Assembly: GCA_965112735.1 (NCBI GenBank)
Contig: OZ218963.1
Span: 1,178,001-1,242,000 of the forward strand
Source: Phaeosaccion multiseriatum
Lineage: Eukaryota > Protista > Ochrophyta, other classes
Length of the DNA stretch: 64,000 bases
Direction of reading: 5' to 3'
The translations under genes and the position numbers were made by a program. Below, piece by piece: positions 29,909-49,402 of the stretch. Below the pieces are notes generated by a model. The model was not told the DNA's origin and searched no databases. It saw nothing but the letters and a program-made list of their open reading frames with translations. Numbering within the stretch: position 1 is the stretch's first letter; every line of letters starts with the position of its first letter.

Positions 29909-30432
29909 AACAAGGTTGTTGTTGGGCTTGTTTTCGCACCAGCATCACACACCCTCAGTAGTGAATCAGTGCAGCTCTTTGATTGGAAAGGAGGAACGTG
30001 CTCCATCCTATCGAGATATGTCCGAAGTGCGAGTGGAAGTAGAGGGCGCGCAAGGGTAAGGGAAGGGGAAGGGCACCGAAAGGGCGCCACACCGCATGTA
30101 GAGCACACGCGCACCCTGGGTGGACGAGCAGTGCTTAGTGCTTACTTCTTTTTTGGGGGCTTGATCTTGATGGCTTGAGAAAACCAACGTTGCGGACGTT
30201 ACAGGGCTCAAGTAGGCACTGAGCACGAGGGAGCACAGCAAGCAGCATGCAAGCAGGGTCCTATCCACGACCATGCTGTGTGTCGAGCCCGTCCAACAAG
30301 GGAACGCTTGGTGCTCCGTCGGACTCAGGGAGAGAGAGAGAGAGAGCAGCCAGCGCCGGAGGTGGGGGTGGCAGCAGCCTGCGCTCAGTGTCCGACTCAT
30401 CTTCTGGCTGAGCCACGCCGAGAGGGAGCGGG

Positions 30433-30478
30433 CAGTTTTCAGTTTTCAGTTTATGTGACCTTACCAAATGGAATCGAT
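30433..30478 (-). mobile_element. Short dispersed repeat, copy 1; possible 3' end of a truncated non-LTR/SINE element with an (AAAACTG)n tail
   Basis: 33/35 nt identical to 59838-59872, plus a further AAATGGARTCGAT match. Confidence 0.4.
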
Positions 30479-30748
30479 GGGGCAGGGGGGGGCTGGAGCG
30501 AGCTGAGCTGGCGATCGAAACCCCTCTTCTATGTACTCTCTGCGTGGGTGTACTGTCAATACAGGTGGAGGCAGGCACGCATTCGACCGGGCCGCGACGA
30601 ATCAAAAGGGGGAAAAAAAAGGCTGCTGTAGTGTATGCGTTTCGTGTCTTTTAAAAGAGAATTATTGATGCCTCCTCAAAAACCCCCCAAACATGTCCAT
30701 CAGGCTATGTGCATCAGGCAGTGGCCACTCAGCGGAGCATCCAGCGCT

Positions 30749-32888
30749 CTACTTTCGCCCACCAGCAGCCATGATCTTGCCTCGGCGGCCAGTGGTCTTG
30801 GTGTGTTGACCACGTACGCGCACACCCCAGTAGTGGCGAATTCCGCGATGAGCGCTGTGTACGGCGGCAGGGAGGTGATGGAGGGCAAACAGACAGACAG
30901 ACAGACAGACAGGCAATCACTCAGTGTCAGAGCACTGCCCTGATAGAGACAGGCGGGGAGAGAGGGGCTGCGGAAGAGAGCGCAGGTGAAGAAAGTGCCA
31001 AACTTGGGATGTCTTACGTAAGGCCAAGCACGCGGCCCGTAGGAAGATGGGGTACTTGTTACAAAGGAAGGACATGCGATCGTCCAAACCCCATATACCT
31101 CCCACACACTCACTCCATCAACAGATACGCTGCTTACTGCGTTGCCTACTGCATCACTTACCGAATCTTCTTGAGTCGTTCCAAGTCCTCACGCAGCTTT
31201 CCTGCCACTCCCTGAGCGAAGATCTGGCTGTACTTGCCGGTCTTCCAGTCCTTCTGTCTGTTGAGGAACCAGTCGGGGATCTGAAACTGCCGGGGGTTTT
31301 GGATGATGGCCACCAGCTTCTCGATCTCGTCGGCGGTGAGCTCACCAGACCTGCGGCGACAAGAAGATTCGATTCGATTCGATTCGATGCGAGAGGTGTG
31401 TTGTGAAGAGCATCCGAGCACACCCCGGACGAGCAGGCAGCCCGGTGGGGGGGGGGGGAAGAGTGAAGCAAGAGGCAGAGGGAGTGAAGCAAGAGGCAGA
31501 GGGGCGAGGGAGAGTCAGAGGCGAGCAGGCCCTGGAGAGGTACGTGAGGCGGAGGCGGTAAGAAGGGGCCTGTCCTAGCCCAACAACCGTGTTGCGAATG
31601 AATGATGGCATGTGGGCCCACAATTCTGGGTGTCAGGACTGGGTGTCCATCGCTTCCGCGCCCTGTTGCTCACTGCTGCCCTCTCTCTTCCCGCCGGGCA
31701 TACAACTATCCTCCGTCTTTCAGACTTGCCGCCAGTGTTTGGTACACACTTGGAAGCTCCCTCCCTCCGGCATATGGTAACGACAGCATTTCAGCCCACC
31801 ACTGCCCCTCTTCTCTTCATGCCCTCCAATGTAACAGTAGCGTAAAAGTAAAACCCGTCCTGAGAGTTGAGTTCGGTTGCTGCTTGCTTGCTGCTCATGA
31901 CTCTTCTCTCCGTGAGCCCTCCGCCCCCCCCCCCACCCCACCTCCACGTCCGTCGTAGAGCAGACAACAACTGGCGACGCGTCAAGCCCTTCCCGCCCTC
32001 CGTCCCTCCACAAAGCGCCTCTTCGATCTTCGAATGACGTGTGCTGCACAAGCGGAAGCGGTGGGCGGTGTACTCCACAAGTGCTCTTCCCCGCGAGGCA
32101 AGCTGCTGCAAAGCCGAAGGACGTCACAGCTGCTTCTGTCTGCCCCACCGTAATCTGCAGACCAAACGCGCCCGCCGGAAATGCCGTCACGCGCTCTCGC
32201 TTTGCTTGCCAAGCAGCGTAGGAAGTTCCACCCCTCCAGTCCCTCCTCGTGTTGGCAACGGCAATCCCGCCTTCCAACCCTCCATCAAGGAGTGCCGCGC
32301 TCTCCAAGAATAACTCCTCCTGGTATACACCTCATTCTGGTGTACGAATCTTAGACCGCATATCACTCTTACACACCACACACACACTGCTCGCAACTCA
32401 CCTCTTGTTGGGGTCAACCTCAGCCTTCTTGCAGATCAGGTTGGAAAATCTTCGGCCCACTCCGAGGATGGAGGTAAGACCGTACATCACCTTGCGGCGA
32501 CCATCGATGTTGGTGTTCAGCACACGGAGAATGTGCTGGAACTCAGGGGAGATCACCAGAGACTAGTGAATACACAGGGGAGGAGAGAAAGAGGGGGCAA
32601 TGCATCATCAGTAATCATCAGTATTGTCTTTGTCATGGACGTCCGAAAGGGCAAGACACAGCACAAGTGGAGCAGGGCGCTTTCATGGAGATTCCAATCA
32701 CAGACCGGCTCTCTATTCCCTTCTGACCCCCATCCCCCCCCTCTCCTCCCCCTTCCTCCTCCCCTCCTCGTTCTCCGAACCAGCAGCATCAGAGCGAACG
32801 CGAGCATCACCCCAATCGCACGCCAGCGGCCCCAACAGCACTCCTTTTAATCCGCCAGCCTCCTTCCTTCCCCGTCCCTACTCACCAT
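30749..32888 (-). CDS. RPS18: 40S ribosomal protein S18 (uS13); exons 32888-32886 (ATG only), 32562-32402, 31350-31162, 30854-30749
   Basis: [71 protein letters not shown]. Confidence 0.97.
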
Positions 32889-33064
32889 GATGAAGCGAGG
32901 GCACACAACAACGCTATGCTCGCAGCCAGGCCACCAAAAAAAGGGGGGGTTTCCACGCCGGGATGGTCGAAAAGCCCTGGGCCCCTCCGATCTTGTTCAC
33001 CTCTGATATAGAAAACAAGCGCCAGCAGAGCTCGAGAGCAGCAATCGCAGCAGCAGCAGCAAAG
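32889..33064. promoter_or_regulatory. Putative bidirectional promoter RPS18/SND1
   Basis: Only ~176 bp separate the divergent start codons. Confidence 0.6.
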
Positions 33065-36000
33065 ATGGCAGTGTCTGGAAAAGCCACCGTCAAGGCCGTG
33101 CTCTCGGGAGACACCGTCGTGCTCATGGGTGAGTTTTTACCCCTCCATCCCTTCCCCCTCATTGTTCCCTACTCAACCTGCCCCCTTGCTGTGCTTCCTG
33201 CCACGCCGCAGGGCGCTCAACCGGCGCGGCCCCTCCCCCTGAGATGCAGCTCACGCTGTCTTCTCTAATGGCTCCGCGCCTGGCGAGAGGACCTGGTACG
33301 CAGGATGAGCCGCATGCCTGGGAGAGCAGAGAATTCTTGCGCAAGTAAGACTTGGAGTGGAGGGGGTGGTCTATTTTGGCCGAGCGGGCGGGTCAGGCGG
33401 GGGTCGTGGAGGCTTAGAGCAGCAGTGTAGGCAGGTGGTAGTTGGGGGGTGTCCATTTGCCCCGCTTGTCGCACTCCGTTCAAACCCCACACCGTGACGC
33501 CACTCTGTGCCTGCCCTTCGCCCCTCCTCCCCGCCCCCCCCACCGGTTCTTCAGGCTAACCATCGGCAAAGCCGTAGCCTTTCGAGTAGAGTACAAAGTG
33601 GCCTCCATCGGCCGCACATTCGGAGCGGTAAAGATGGACGACGGGGCGGGGGAGGCGTCCAAGACAGAGAACCTGTGCCTCACTGTGGCCAGGGAGGGGT
33701 GGGCCCGCCTCAAACCGGCAGAGCAAAGCAAGGAGGGATCAAGGTCCACGGACTTCGAGGCCATGGTAGAGGCGGTAAGTGCTCACATGTCTTGCTTTCC
33801 CGCACTGAGCACAACACCTACCACCTGCGTTCGTGATGTCGCCTTGGCGGCTCTTTGCTATAGTTCTGACGAGATGAAACGCTCCTCAACCTTCACCCCT
33901 TTCATAGGCCGCCGCTGCGGAAGCTGCTGGAAAGGGAGTCTACAGCACCACGCCTGGTAAGCAGAGCATCACTCTTTCCATCACGGTTCTCTACCGCCTC
34001 TCTTTCGTCTTCTTGGGGGGGGGGGGGGGGTTCAACTCGTGCGCATGTAAACACGTAAAGCAAACGCTTGGTAACTCAACACTTGCTCTCAACGAGCACA
34101 GGGACCTTCCTCTAGTTATGTCCTCAACTTTGAAACCCCACGTAACCGAACCTTCCCCCCCGTTCAATCCAACCCAACCGACCTGACCCCATCATGGCTT
34201 TTGTGCACCTTCGGCGCTCCTCCTCTGCTGGCACAGGCACGATCCGCGCAGTGAAATGGAATAGCAACGAGTACGACAGCGCCGAACTCTTTCAACGCTG
34301 CAAGGGTACTCCCGTCAAGGCCGTCATTGAACACGTCAGAGACGGGGCTTCCTTCCGGGCCCTGCTTGTGGACGAGATGACCACCATCAGCTTCGGCCTG
34401 GCCGGGGTCGGTGAGAGAGGACAAAGGAAGGAAGGGGTGGAGGAGGCACGAGTTATGCGGGGGGGGGAGGGGAGGGGAGGGGAGGGGAGTGGAGGGGAGG
34501 GGAGGGGGGGGGTTGGTTTGGTGGTTGAACAAGTTAACAACACGTCTCGTCTGAGAAAGTAGTGTGTGGCTTACATGGAGAGTCGAAATGGATGTCGAGC
34601 ATCAATAGCAACAAGCCGCCCCGCCCCCCCAATGCTCTGACCACTTTCCCTGCCTCCCTGTGTGTGTGTGTGTCGTTGCAACAGTATGCCCTCGCATGAA
34701 CATGGCACCCCGGCAGTCCGCAGCACCAGCGACAGCCGCAACGGCGACAGCACCAGACGGCAACGGAGCAGCAGCAGGAGGAGCAGAGGGAGCAGCAAAC
34801 GGAGAGGGAGGGGCGGAGGCGGCCGGGGCGGGAGCGACAGGCAGGCCTTCTGGGGCGTCAGTCATCGCCGCGGCGGCAGCAGCCTCGGTGTCGAATCAGC
34901 CCAAACCGGAGCCTTGTGCTCTACAAGCACGCTTCTTCACAGAGTCGAGGCTTCTCAACAGAGAGGTGGACCTTCTCATTCAGGGCGTCGACAGTTACGG
35001 AAACTTTTTCGGTGCGTGAGTGAGAGTGAGGGAGGGTGTGAGTGAGTGAATGAGGGGGTGAGTGGGTGAGTGGGTGAGTGAGTGAGTGAGGGGGTGAGTG
35101 AGGGGATGAGTCAGCAAAAGATGAGTAAATGAGTGAGTGAGTGAGTGAGTGAGAGACTGGCAAGCAACGCGGGGGCGGGCGTCCAGGGGCTGCATGGAAC
35201 TATCACTAGGGGAGGGTCAATTTTGTGACCAAACACAACCAACCAGTCAACCTCCCACCCACCCTCACCTACCCCACCCACACCTACCCCCCCTACGCCT
35301 TCCCCATCCACCCCTACCCCACCCACCCACCCAGGCACTGTGCTTCATCCCAAGGGCAACATCAGCGTGGAGATCCTCAAGGGTGGGTTGGGCCGCATGC
35401 AGGACTGGAGCAGCGCCTTCCTCAGCAGAGACGCCGCGAGCTCCATGCGAAGTGCGGAGAACACAGCCAAGCACAACACCGCGGGCGTGTGGAAGGGGTG
35501 GAAGGCGCCGGTCATCCAAGGAGAGCAGGAGTACAGCGGAACGGTCGTGGAGGTACGTGTGTACGTGTGTATGTATGTGTGTGTGCGTGTGTGAGTGTGC
35601 ATTTGCGCGCGTGTGTGTGTGTGTGTGTGCTTGCTTTTAGGCCTTTTGGGGGCGTGCGAAATGAAGGGAGGTGAATTGAAACCGAAACCGAAACCGACTC
35701 GCTCATCTCCTTCCATCGTGGTGGCTGTATACGGCCCACTCACACTCACATACACTCTCTTGCTCCACATCTCTTTGTCCTGCTCTCTCTATTTCCACCC
35801 TTGCCTCTCTCCCCTCTCACTCCCTCTCTGTACTGTGCAGGTGCACAGCGGAGATCAAGTGAGCGTGCTGGTGCAAGTAAGAGAAGGAGCTCCCAAGGCA
35901 GAGCGCAGAGTGGCCCTCTCTTCCCTTCGAACCCCCAAGATTGGAAACGCTCGTCGCGGAGTACCTGATGAACCCTGGGCAGCAGGGGCCAAGGAGTCTC

Positions 36001-39000
36001 TACGACACAAGGTCATTGGGCGAGAGGTGAGTGCAAACTGCAGACTGCAAACTGGCAATTAACACAACAAACTGCAAACAGCAGTGCAAGTGCAGTGCAG
36101 GCTGTTGTGTTGAGACGAATGCCCGGTTGGTTCCTTTTCTTCTCGCTTCTTCAGTCCAGTCGGTCCAGTCGGCCCAGTCCTTCCTGTTCAACACGTAAAG
36201 TTACGTAAAGTTATCTCTCTCTTCTCTCATGCTGTGCCCCTGTCGCTTCGTCCGTCTCTCTCTCTCCACCCCCCCCCCCCCTTCCACAACACACACCCTC
36301 CTTTCCATCTGGCTGCTCACTCACTCACTCACTCACTCACTCACTCAGGTGAAGGTGTGTGTAGACTACGAGAGAGACTTGCCCCAGGGAGACGGCCCTA
36401 CTGTGAAACGCTCATTTGCAACCGTGTGCACGGGCAAGGCGGGCAAGGAGAAGAACGTGGCGGAGCTCCTTCTGCAAGAGGGGCTTGGACAGGTAAGAGG
36501 GGAGGGGAGGGGAGGGGAGGGGATTATTCAATTGACTTATTATTCAACGGGAATCAACCTACAGTACGACGTAAGAATCATCACGTAATGGTGTGTGTGC
36601 CCTTGTCGTCCAAAGGTGGTGCGGCATCGACAAGACGAGCCCCGAAGCCGAGACTACGACGCTCTCATGGCCGCTGAGCGCGCTGCCCAGGAGGCCAAGA
36701 AGGGGCGGTGGAGCGGGAAGGAAGCACCGGTGACGCGCTCCATGGACCTAACAGGAGACCCCAAGAGGGCCCGTTCGCACTTGCCCTTTCTGCAGAGGCA
36801 AAAGTCCGTCAAGGCCATCGTGGAGCATGTCTTTGCGGGGCACCGCTTCAAGGTACGGCGTTACGGATCCATGAGTGGCAGTTACGGTTACCGTTACGGT
36901 TACGGTTACGGTTACGGTTACGGTTACGTGTGTGCTGTCCTCCTGATGGTGAAGGAAGGAGAAGAAGTTGCGCCTGCTCTGCGGTCTTGGATACATACAG
37001 GAAGGGCGCTTGGACTTGTGCTGGCCTGGTGCTGGCCTGCCATCAATTGCCTTCCCTCAGCGATGGCGTGTAGCACAAAGTGCGCAGCTCCTGCTCGCTC
37101 GCCGCACTCCGCTCAGCCGCCATCCTCCCTCCTCTCCCCTCCTCTCCCCTCCCCTCCCCTCCCCTCCCCTCCCCTCCCCTCCCCTGTCTCTTGCCGCCTG
37201 TACTCGGTCTGGTTACTTGCTTGCTTGCTTGGGTTGGGTCTGTAAATTGGGGTCATCTACTTCCCGTTGTTCTGTATACTCTGCTACTCCTCTACTACCT
37301 ACCCCTCCTTCTCACAGCTGTTCATCCCCAAGGAGAACTGCTCCCTCATGTTCGCAGTGAGTGCCGTGCGCTGTCCAATGCCCTCGAGGCAGGGCCCAGG
37401 AGGCCAGGCGGCGGGTGGACGGCCTGCGGACCCGTTTGGGGATGAAGCAAGGCTATTCTCGAGGGCCGCCATTATGCAGAGGAGCGTTGAAGTTGAGGTG
37501 GAGGACATGGACAAGAACGGTGAGTGAGAGGAGAGGAGAGGAGGGGATATATACTGACTTAACATAGGAATATGAATCAACCTAAGCATTACGTATGTAC
37601 GTACACGCGTGTGGTGAGGGGTAGGGGTGGGGGTGAAGACGGAGGGGGTGTGTGTGCGCCTTGCCTTCCTTCTTTTGGGAAGGAGAAGGGGGTGTTGGTT
37701 GACAGGGGGCGGAAGGTTTCGTGACTGCTGCCACGATCATTTAATTATTCCTTACCTCTACACCTCTACACTTTCTGTTGTTGGCCTTTGCATCCCCCCC
37801 CACCCGCCACATACACACACTCCAAATACATAATCAAATAACGTTTCACACAGGCGTCGCTTTGGGCGTGCTTCATGTGAACCAAAAAGACTATGCCGAG
37901 GTGCTGCTGAAAGAGGGCTTGGCCACCGGGGACGGGCGATACCTGGACAGGCAGGGAGGCAAGGGGCTGGCGCTCAAGGAGGTGGAGGCGAAGGCTCAGG
38001 CGAGCAAGCTTGGCGTGTGGAGTGTGCAGAAGGACGCGGAGGAGCAGAAAGCGGCACGCGAGGTAAGGAAGGACGGAGGGACGGGAAGGAAGGACGGAAG
38101 GAGGACGGGCTACATGTATGAACCGTTGTGTACATGTGCTCTCTCTCACCTTCACACTCACATGGTAGCAAACAAAATCTGGGGTTGGGAGGATGCCCTT
38201 CTGTCTGCGCAGCGCTACCTGAAGTACTTCGTACTTCGAAGTTTGAAATTTGGGCTTCCCCTCCCCTCCGTTTTGAGTAAAAGTCAATGTCCTCCGGTCT
38301 CTGGATTGTGGACAGTTGCTTGCTCAAGTGACCCCTATCGCACAAACGATGAAGGAATGGTGTGCGTTTGAGTTGAAGTGTTGAGTTTGTTCTGTGGGTG
38401 TGCTTGCATCCAATTTCCCCATACGATCCAATAAACAAAAAGCTAACGAGGGCTGGATTCCACTACCTTTTCCCTTTGGCATTTGCTTCCTTCTATCCCC
38501 CCCTCTACTTTTCATATCAGGAGCAAGAGGACAAGAATGATCAAGTTGCAGAGGAGCTGGTGGGTGTCAAGTTGAGTGAAATCTGCGATGGCAGCCGAGT
38601 CTTCGTCAACCTCACAGCGAGCGACGGCCTGGATGTGGTGGAGGCCAAGATGAAGGAGCTGAAGGACAAGGTCGGCACGACGGGTGCTCCGATGGAGTAC
38701 CGCAGGGGCAGTCTCTGCGCAGCTCTCTTCGACGATGGAGCCGGTGTCAAGTGGTTCCGAGCTCGCCTGGGGGGGATGGTGGGAGGAGGAGGTGGTAAGG
38801 GAGGAGGAGATGCTGCCGCCGCCTCGAAGGACAAGAAGGGATACAGTGTTTCCTATATTGACTACGGTAACTCTGCGGTGGTGGAGAGCAAGCAACTGCG
38901 GCCGCTGGAGAGGGCGTACTTTGACATTCCCCCTCAGGCCAAGGAATGCGTCTTGGCCTTTTGCCGTGTGCCGAGCCTCGAGGAGGACTTTGGCCAGCAG

Positions 39001-39420
39001 GCAGCAATGGCACTGGGGGGCATGGGGTGGGGTAAAGACCTCTTGGCGAGGATGATGGGCGTGGATAGTGCAGGGAGGATGCGGGTCGTACTGTACGCAC
39101 CAGCAGCAGCAGCAGCAGGAGGAGGAGAAGGAGGAGCAGAGGCAGGAGCAGCAGAAGGAGCAGCAGCAGATGCGGCAGCTGCTGCCACCGCAGGTTCAGC
39201 CGAGGCGGGCGGCAATACGAGCATCAACGAGCGGCTCGTGGAGGAGGGGCTGGCGAGGCTGGCCAGGGGGGCTGAGCTGCAGACCAGGGGGAAGGCACTG
39301 GCCACCGAGTATGTGAGTGCCCTCAAAGCGGCTCAGGAGGTGGCCCACAAGGGTCGGCTCAACATGTGGCGCTACGGTGATTGCGCCTCCGACGACGAAG
39401 ATGACTTTCCCAGGCTGTGA
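33065..39420 (+). CDS. SND1: Tudor staphylococcal nuclease (4 SN domains + Tudor-SN5); about 13 exons
   Basis: ATVKAVLSGDTVVL, DEPHAWESREFLRK, AVIEHVRDGASFR, ARFFTESRLLNREV, VVEVHSGD, DEPWAAGAKESLR, AIVEHVFAGHRFK, and Tudor WFRAR...YIDYGN, ending in NMWRYGD. Confidence 0.95.
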
Positions 39421-40554
39421 GCTGAGCCAGTTAATTGGATGAGCTGCGCTGAGCTGCTTGTCGAATCACAGATGGCAGCACATGGCGCTTGAGTTTGAGT
39501 TTTGTATGTATGACCTCCCAGGAGGGCCCGAGGGTCTGAGGGAAGCTGTGAGGAGAACCAACAGCTCCATTGTGTTTTGGTTTGCAAGCACACAGACACA
39601 TCGCGCGGAAGGGCAAGTACATGAGTGGCCATGACAAAAGCTGCTTACATACACGAGTTAGCCATGACAACGGTATCTACTTTCATTTGAAATACACCAG
39701 TTGTGAACATCTCCTTCGTCCACCGACGCGGCACCTGCTGTTTTGCGTCTCCACATTATCTTTCACCCACAGCCGTCGCTTAGCAATTGGTCAGCAGATG
39801 CTCTGGTGCTGCCCTGGTGCTTCTCTGGTGCTGCCCTGGTGCTTCTCTGGTGCTGCTCTGCTGATGTTGCTGGTGCTGCTCTGCTGGTGGTGGTTGTGGT
39901 GGTTGTCGTGCTACGGTCAGAACGCTGTCACCGCCTCCTACGCCGCCGCCGCTGCTGCTGCTGCTAGTGGGCTGCTGTATCACCAACTGCTGCTAGTGGG
40001 CTGGTGTTGGTGCGGCTCGAGCTTCCGCGGTAGCGCTTTTCCTTCTGACACGCCACGAAGAGGCGCACGGAAGAGCTTTTATCTTTTTTTTTTAATCCAT
40101 CGCGTGTTTGTCCTCCTCCCTCCCTCCCACCCGGCCGGGCAGGGCCGCCGACGTCGCTTCAGCCGCCAAAACGCGAGACTCAGCAGGCACGCACCGCAAG
40201 TCCCTGCCTTGCCCTGCCCATATGCCTGCCTTGGCCTGCCCATATGCCTGCCTTGCCATGCCACATCGCCCACAGCCGACGCAATCACCACCTCCTGGAG
40301 TCCAGCTCACTCAGCACACTTCCCATATTCCTGCATGTGCTTGTTCTCCTTTCTCCTTGCTTCCATTCGGGCAGTTGAAACTTGCGAGCCTGTGGCCGCT
40401 GCTGCTGACACCTCCTCGAAGGGCCTCGCAGCATGACGAGGCGGAGTCCATCGCTTTCTCTGAAAAGAGGGTGGAAGGAAGGAGGGAAGGAAGAGGAGAG
40501 GATGGGGGGCTGCCTCCCTCCCATCCCACATCTCTGTGAAAGGGTCTCTATCCT

Positions 40555-40689
40555 TTATGTCTGGAGCGCTTCATCCACTACGAGTGCGAAGCTCTGGGGG
40601 TTTCCCGCTGGGTATGGTTGCACGGTGCTCCACTCGGTGCCCTGCAGAGTGTCCAAGAGGCCTGCTCCCCCCCCACACACACGCACGCA

Positions 40690-40729
<40 letters not shown>

Positions 40730-41553
40730 CACACACACAGAGAGAGAGAGGGGGGGGGGGATGGGCGACGTGGGCAGGGCGGGGCACATTGGCAGGAGCG
40801 AGCCAGTGGTGAGAATATGGACAGTACAGTTGCAATCTTACGACGGACGAAGGACTTGCCCTCCATGCAGTGCCATCCTATCTAATTCCTTGGACCCTCA
40901 CCTGCGGCGGTCGGGACGGCGATGGCGAGGTACTTACGCGCCTCCAAGGCCCGAGCGAGCTCTTCCTGCACGGTCATTGTCATTCCCATGGACAGACGGT
41001 TTGGCAGCTTAAGCTTTGAGAAAGAGAGAGCGTCACGCCCTGACTACTTGGGTCATCACTGCACGAGTCAGCACTTACCCACCTGGTGGTTCCCCATGAG
41101 CAGATCGTTGACAACGACGACGAGGTGCTTACCCCCCATACCCAGGCCCTCCATGATGCTGCCCGCACCCCCGTGGCTGATGATGAGCTGGGCCTTTTGC
41201 ATGTCCGCGCGAAGGTTGGGCTTGTACGTGTACCAGCTGCACTGCAAAGGGAGGCCCAGCTCTGCCACGGCCGAGAACGTGGGCGCGTACGTGCCTTTGC
41301 CTACCTGATGAGGTGATGAGGTGCCGAGTGATTTGAGATTGAAGCAGAGAAGGGAAGCGTCAGTCTCCTCCTCCTTTCCGTCCCCCGGCAGAGGAGTATT
41401 GACCTGCACGTCGAGATGAGTGTATCCGTTGGCCGCGAGCCACTGCAGAACCGGAGCGCTGTCGACAGCCTCGACGAGGGCATCGAACAGCGTCGTCCCC
41501 ACTGTCACGAAGGCTCTCTTCCCCGTCTGCGTTCCTTCTTCATTCGCTTCCAT
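40555..41553 (-). CDS. ALG13: UDP-GlcNAc transferase catalytic subunit ALG13; exons 41553-41404, 41304-41083, 40965-40902, 40661-40555
   Basis: AFVTVGTTLFDALV, LIISHGGAGSIME, VVVNDLLMGNHQ|EELARAL. Confidence 0.93.
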
Positions 41554-42024
41554 ATAGACAAGAGAAAAGGAGAGGGGAGAGGTTGAGAGGAGCGGCCATT
41601 TGTGAATGAAGCACCACACCGCCAACTTCCCCGGGGAGACTCGGATTTTGGCGTACGAGGCAGGCGGTCTTGTTCGGTGAATTGTGATAGAGCAACAAAG
41701 AGAAGTGCGCAGCAGGGAAGTGGAGAGTAAGAAGTGTCTAGCCTTGCCTGACAGTGGTGGCTGCTGCCTGCTGGCACGAAAAAGGACGAGCCTTCAAGGC
41801 ACCGTTGGAGAAAGGGGAGAAGAAGAATTGGGCGAAGATAAGAAGTTAGCAATCCACCTCCGTGCTGCTGCTGCTGCTGGCTTGTGCAGGCACGGAGCAC
41901 GGGGCCGGGAGGAGTGTAGAACAGGGGGGGGAAGGGTAAAACCAAAGGCGTGAGGCCTATTCCTTTCCTCCACCCAGAGTGGAGTGTACTTCGTCATACA
42001 CAAGGAGCGAGAGGGAGCAATATC
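41554..42024. promoter_or_regulatory. Putative bidirectional promoter ALG13/PH-MAPK
   Basis: About 470 bp separate the divergent start codons. Confidence 0.5.
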
Positions 42025-48301
<6,277 letters not shown>

Positions 48302-48502
48302 TGAGGGGACTGAGTGCCGATGCCCAACATGATGCCCAACATGGTGTAGTGAGGGGACTGAGTGGGGCCTTTGAGGGGAGGCAGGGGTCTGACCTCTCTC
48401 TGCTCGTCCCTGTCTGCCTGTCTGTCTGCCTGTCTGTCTGCCTGTCTGTATATCTGTCTGTCCGTCTGTTTGTCCCTCCGCCTGCTCGCGCTGGGGTGGG
48501 TG

Positions 48503-48545
<43 letters not shown>

Positions 48546-49104
48546 CTGACTGTGTCTGTTGGCTTTGTGTGTGGAACGGCGTCCGTGGGAGGGAGGAGGG
48601 GCACTCGGACTACGAAGAAGAGAGGGGCCAAGGATGGCAATGGATGGGCAGGGGGGGGCAGAGAGGGACACTTACTTTGACGGACAATGGCCTTGGTATG
48701 TACTTACTAAATATTACGTAAGTAAGCGCAGCGCCTGGCCAAAGGGGAGGAGGTATGGTTGTCTGTCTGTGGTCGGGTTTCTTCAGACATATAGAAGCGT
48801 TGTCTAGTTTTTCAACCAACCACCCAACCAACAAATCAACCAACCAACATTTGAGTCTTCCAACCAACACAACAAGTTTAGTGTTTGTCGGCTATGGTAA
48901 GTCATCAATCAATTACATTACATTACAACTTATCCTGTCTTGTTTAGGAGGGAAAGGGTTAAAAGAAAATGACTATGTCCGGCTCTACCCCTTTCCTCCC
49001 ACCCCAGCGCTGACGAGGCGCCTCTTTGCGGACGTCCTTGTGCCAGTCTGCCTACTGCTGCTGCTGTATCGCCAACTGCTGCTGCTGCGGCTGCTGTATC
49101 ACCA

Positions 49105-49140
<36 letters not shown>

Positions 49141-49402
49141 TGTATACATGCACCTCTGCCCTGCGAATGTGAGCCCTTTCTTGCCTTCTTGGTTAACCAT
49201 GAGAGATGAACGACTGATCTTGTCGGAAAACCCGTCAAGAAACTTCTTGAACATGGCTGGCACACTGACTCACTCGCTCACTCCACTCACTCAGTTGCCA
49301 AGCAAGCGTGTGGCTGACTCACTCACTCACTCACTCACTCACTCACTCACTCACTCACTCACTCACTCACTCACTCACTCGCTCACTCCCTCCCTTCCTC
49401 CC

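Noticed and set aside
32600-32800. C/D box snoRNA in RPS18 intron 1 (CTGATGA and CTGA-like words on the minus strand)
   Set aside because: Order and spacing of the boxes do not fit, and there is no terminal stem or recognisable rRNA guide.
39570-40436. 288-aa ORF between SND1 and ALG13
   Set aside because: Non-ATG start, composition driven by CTG repeats, no motifs; probably UTR or intergenic.
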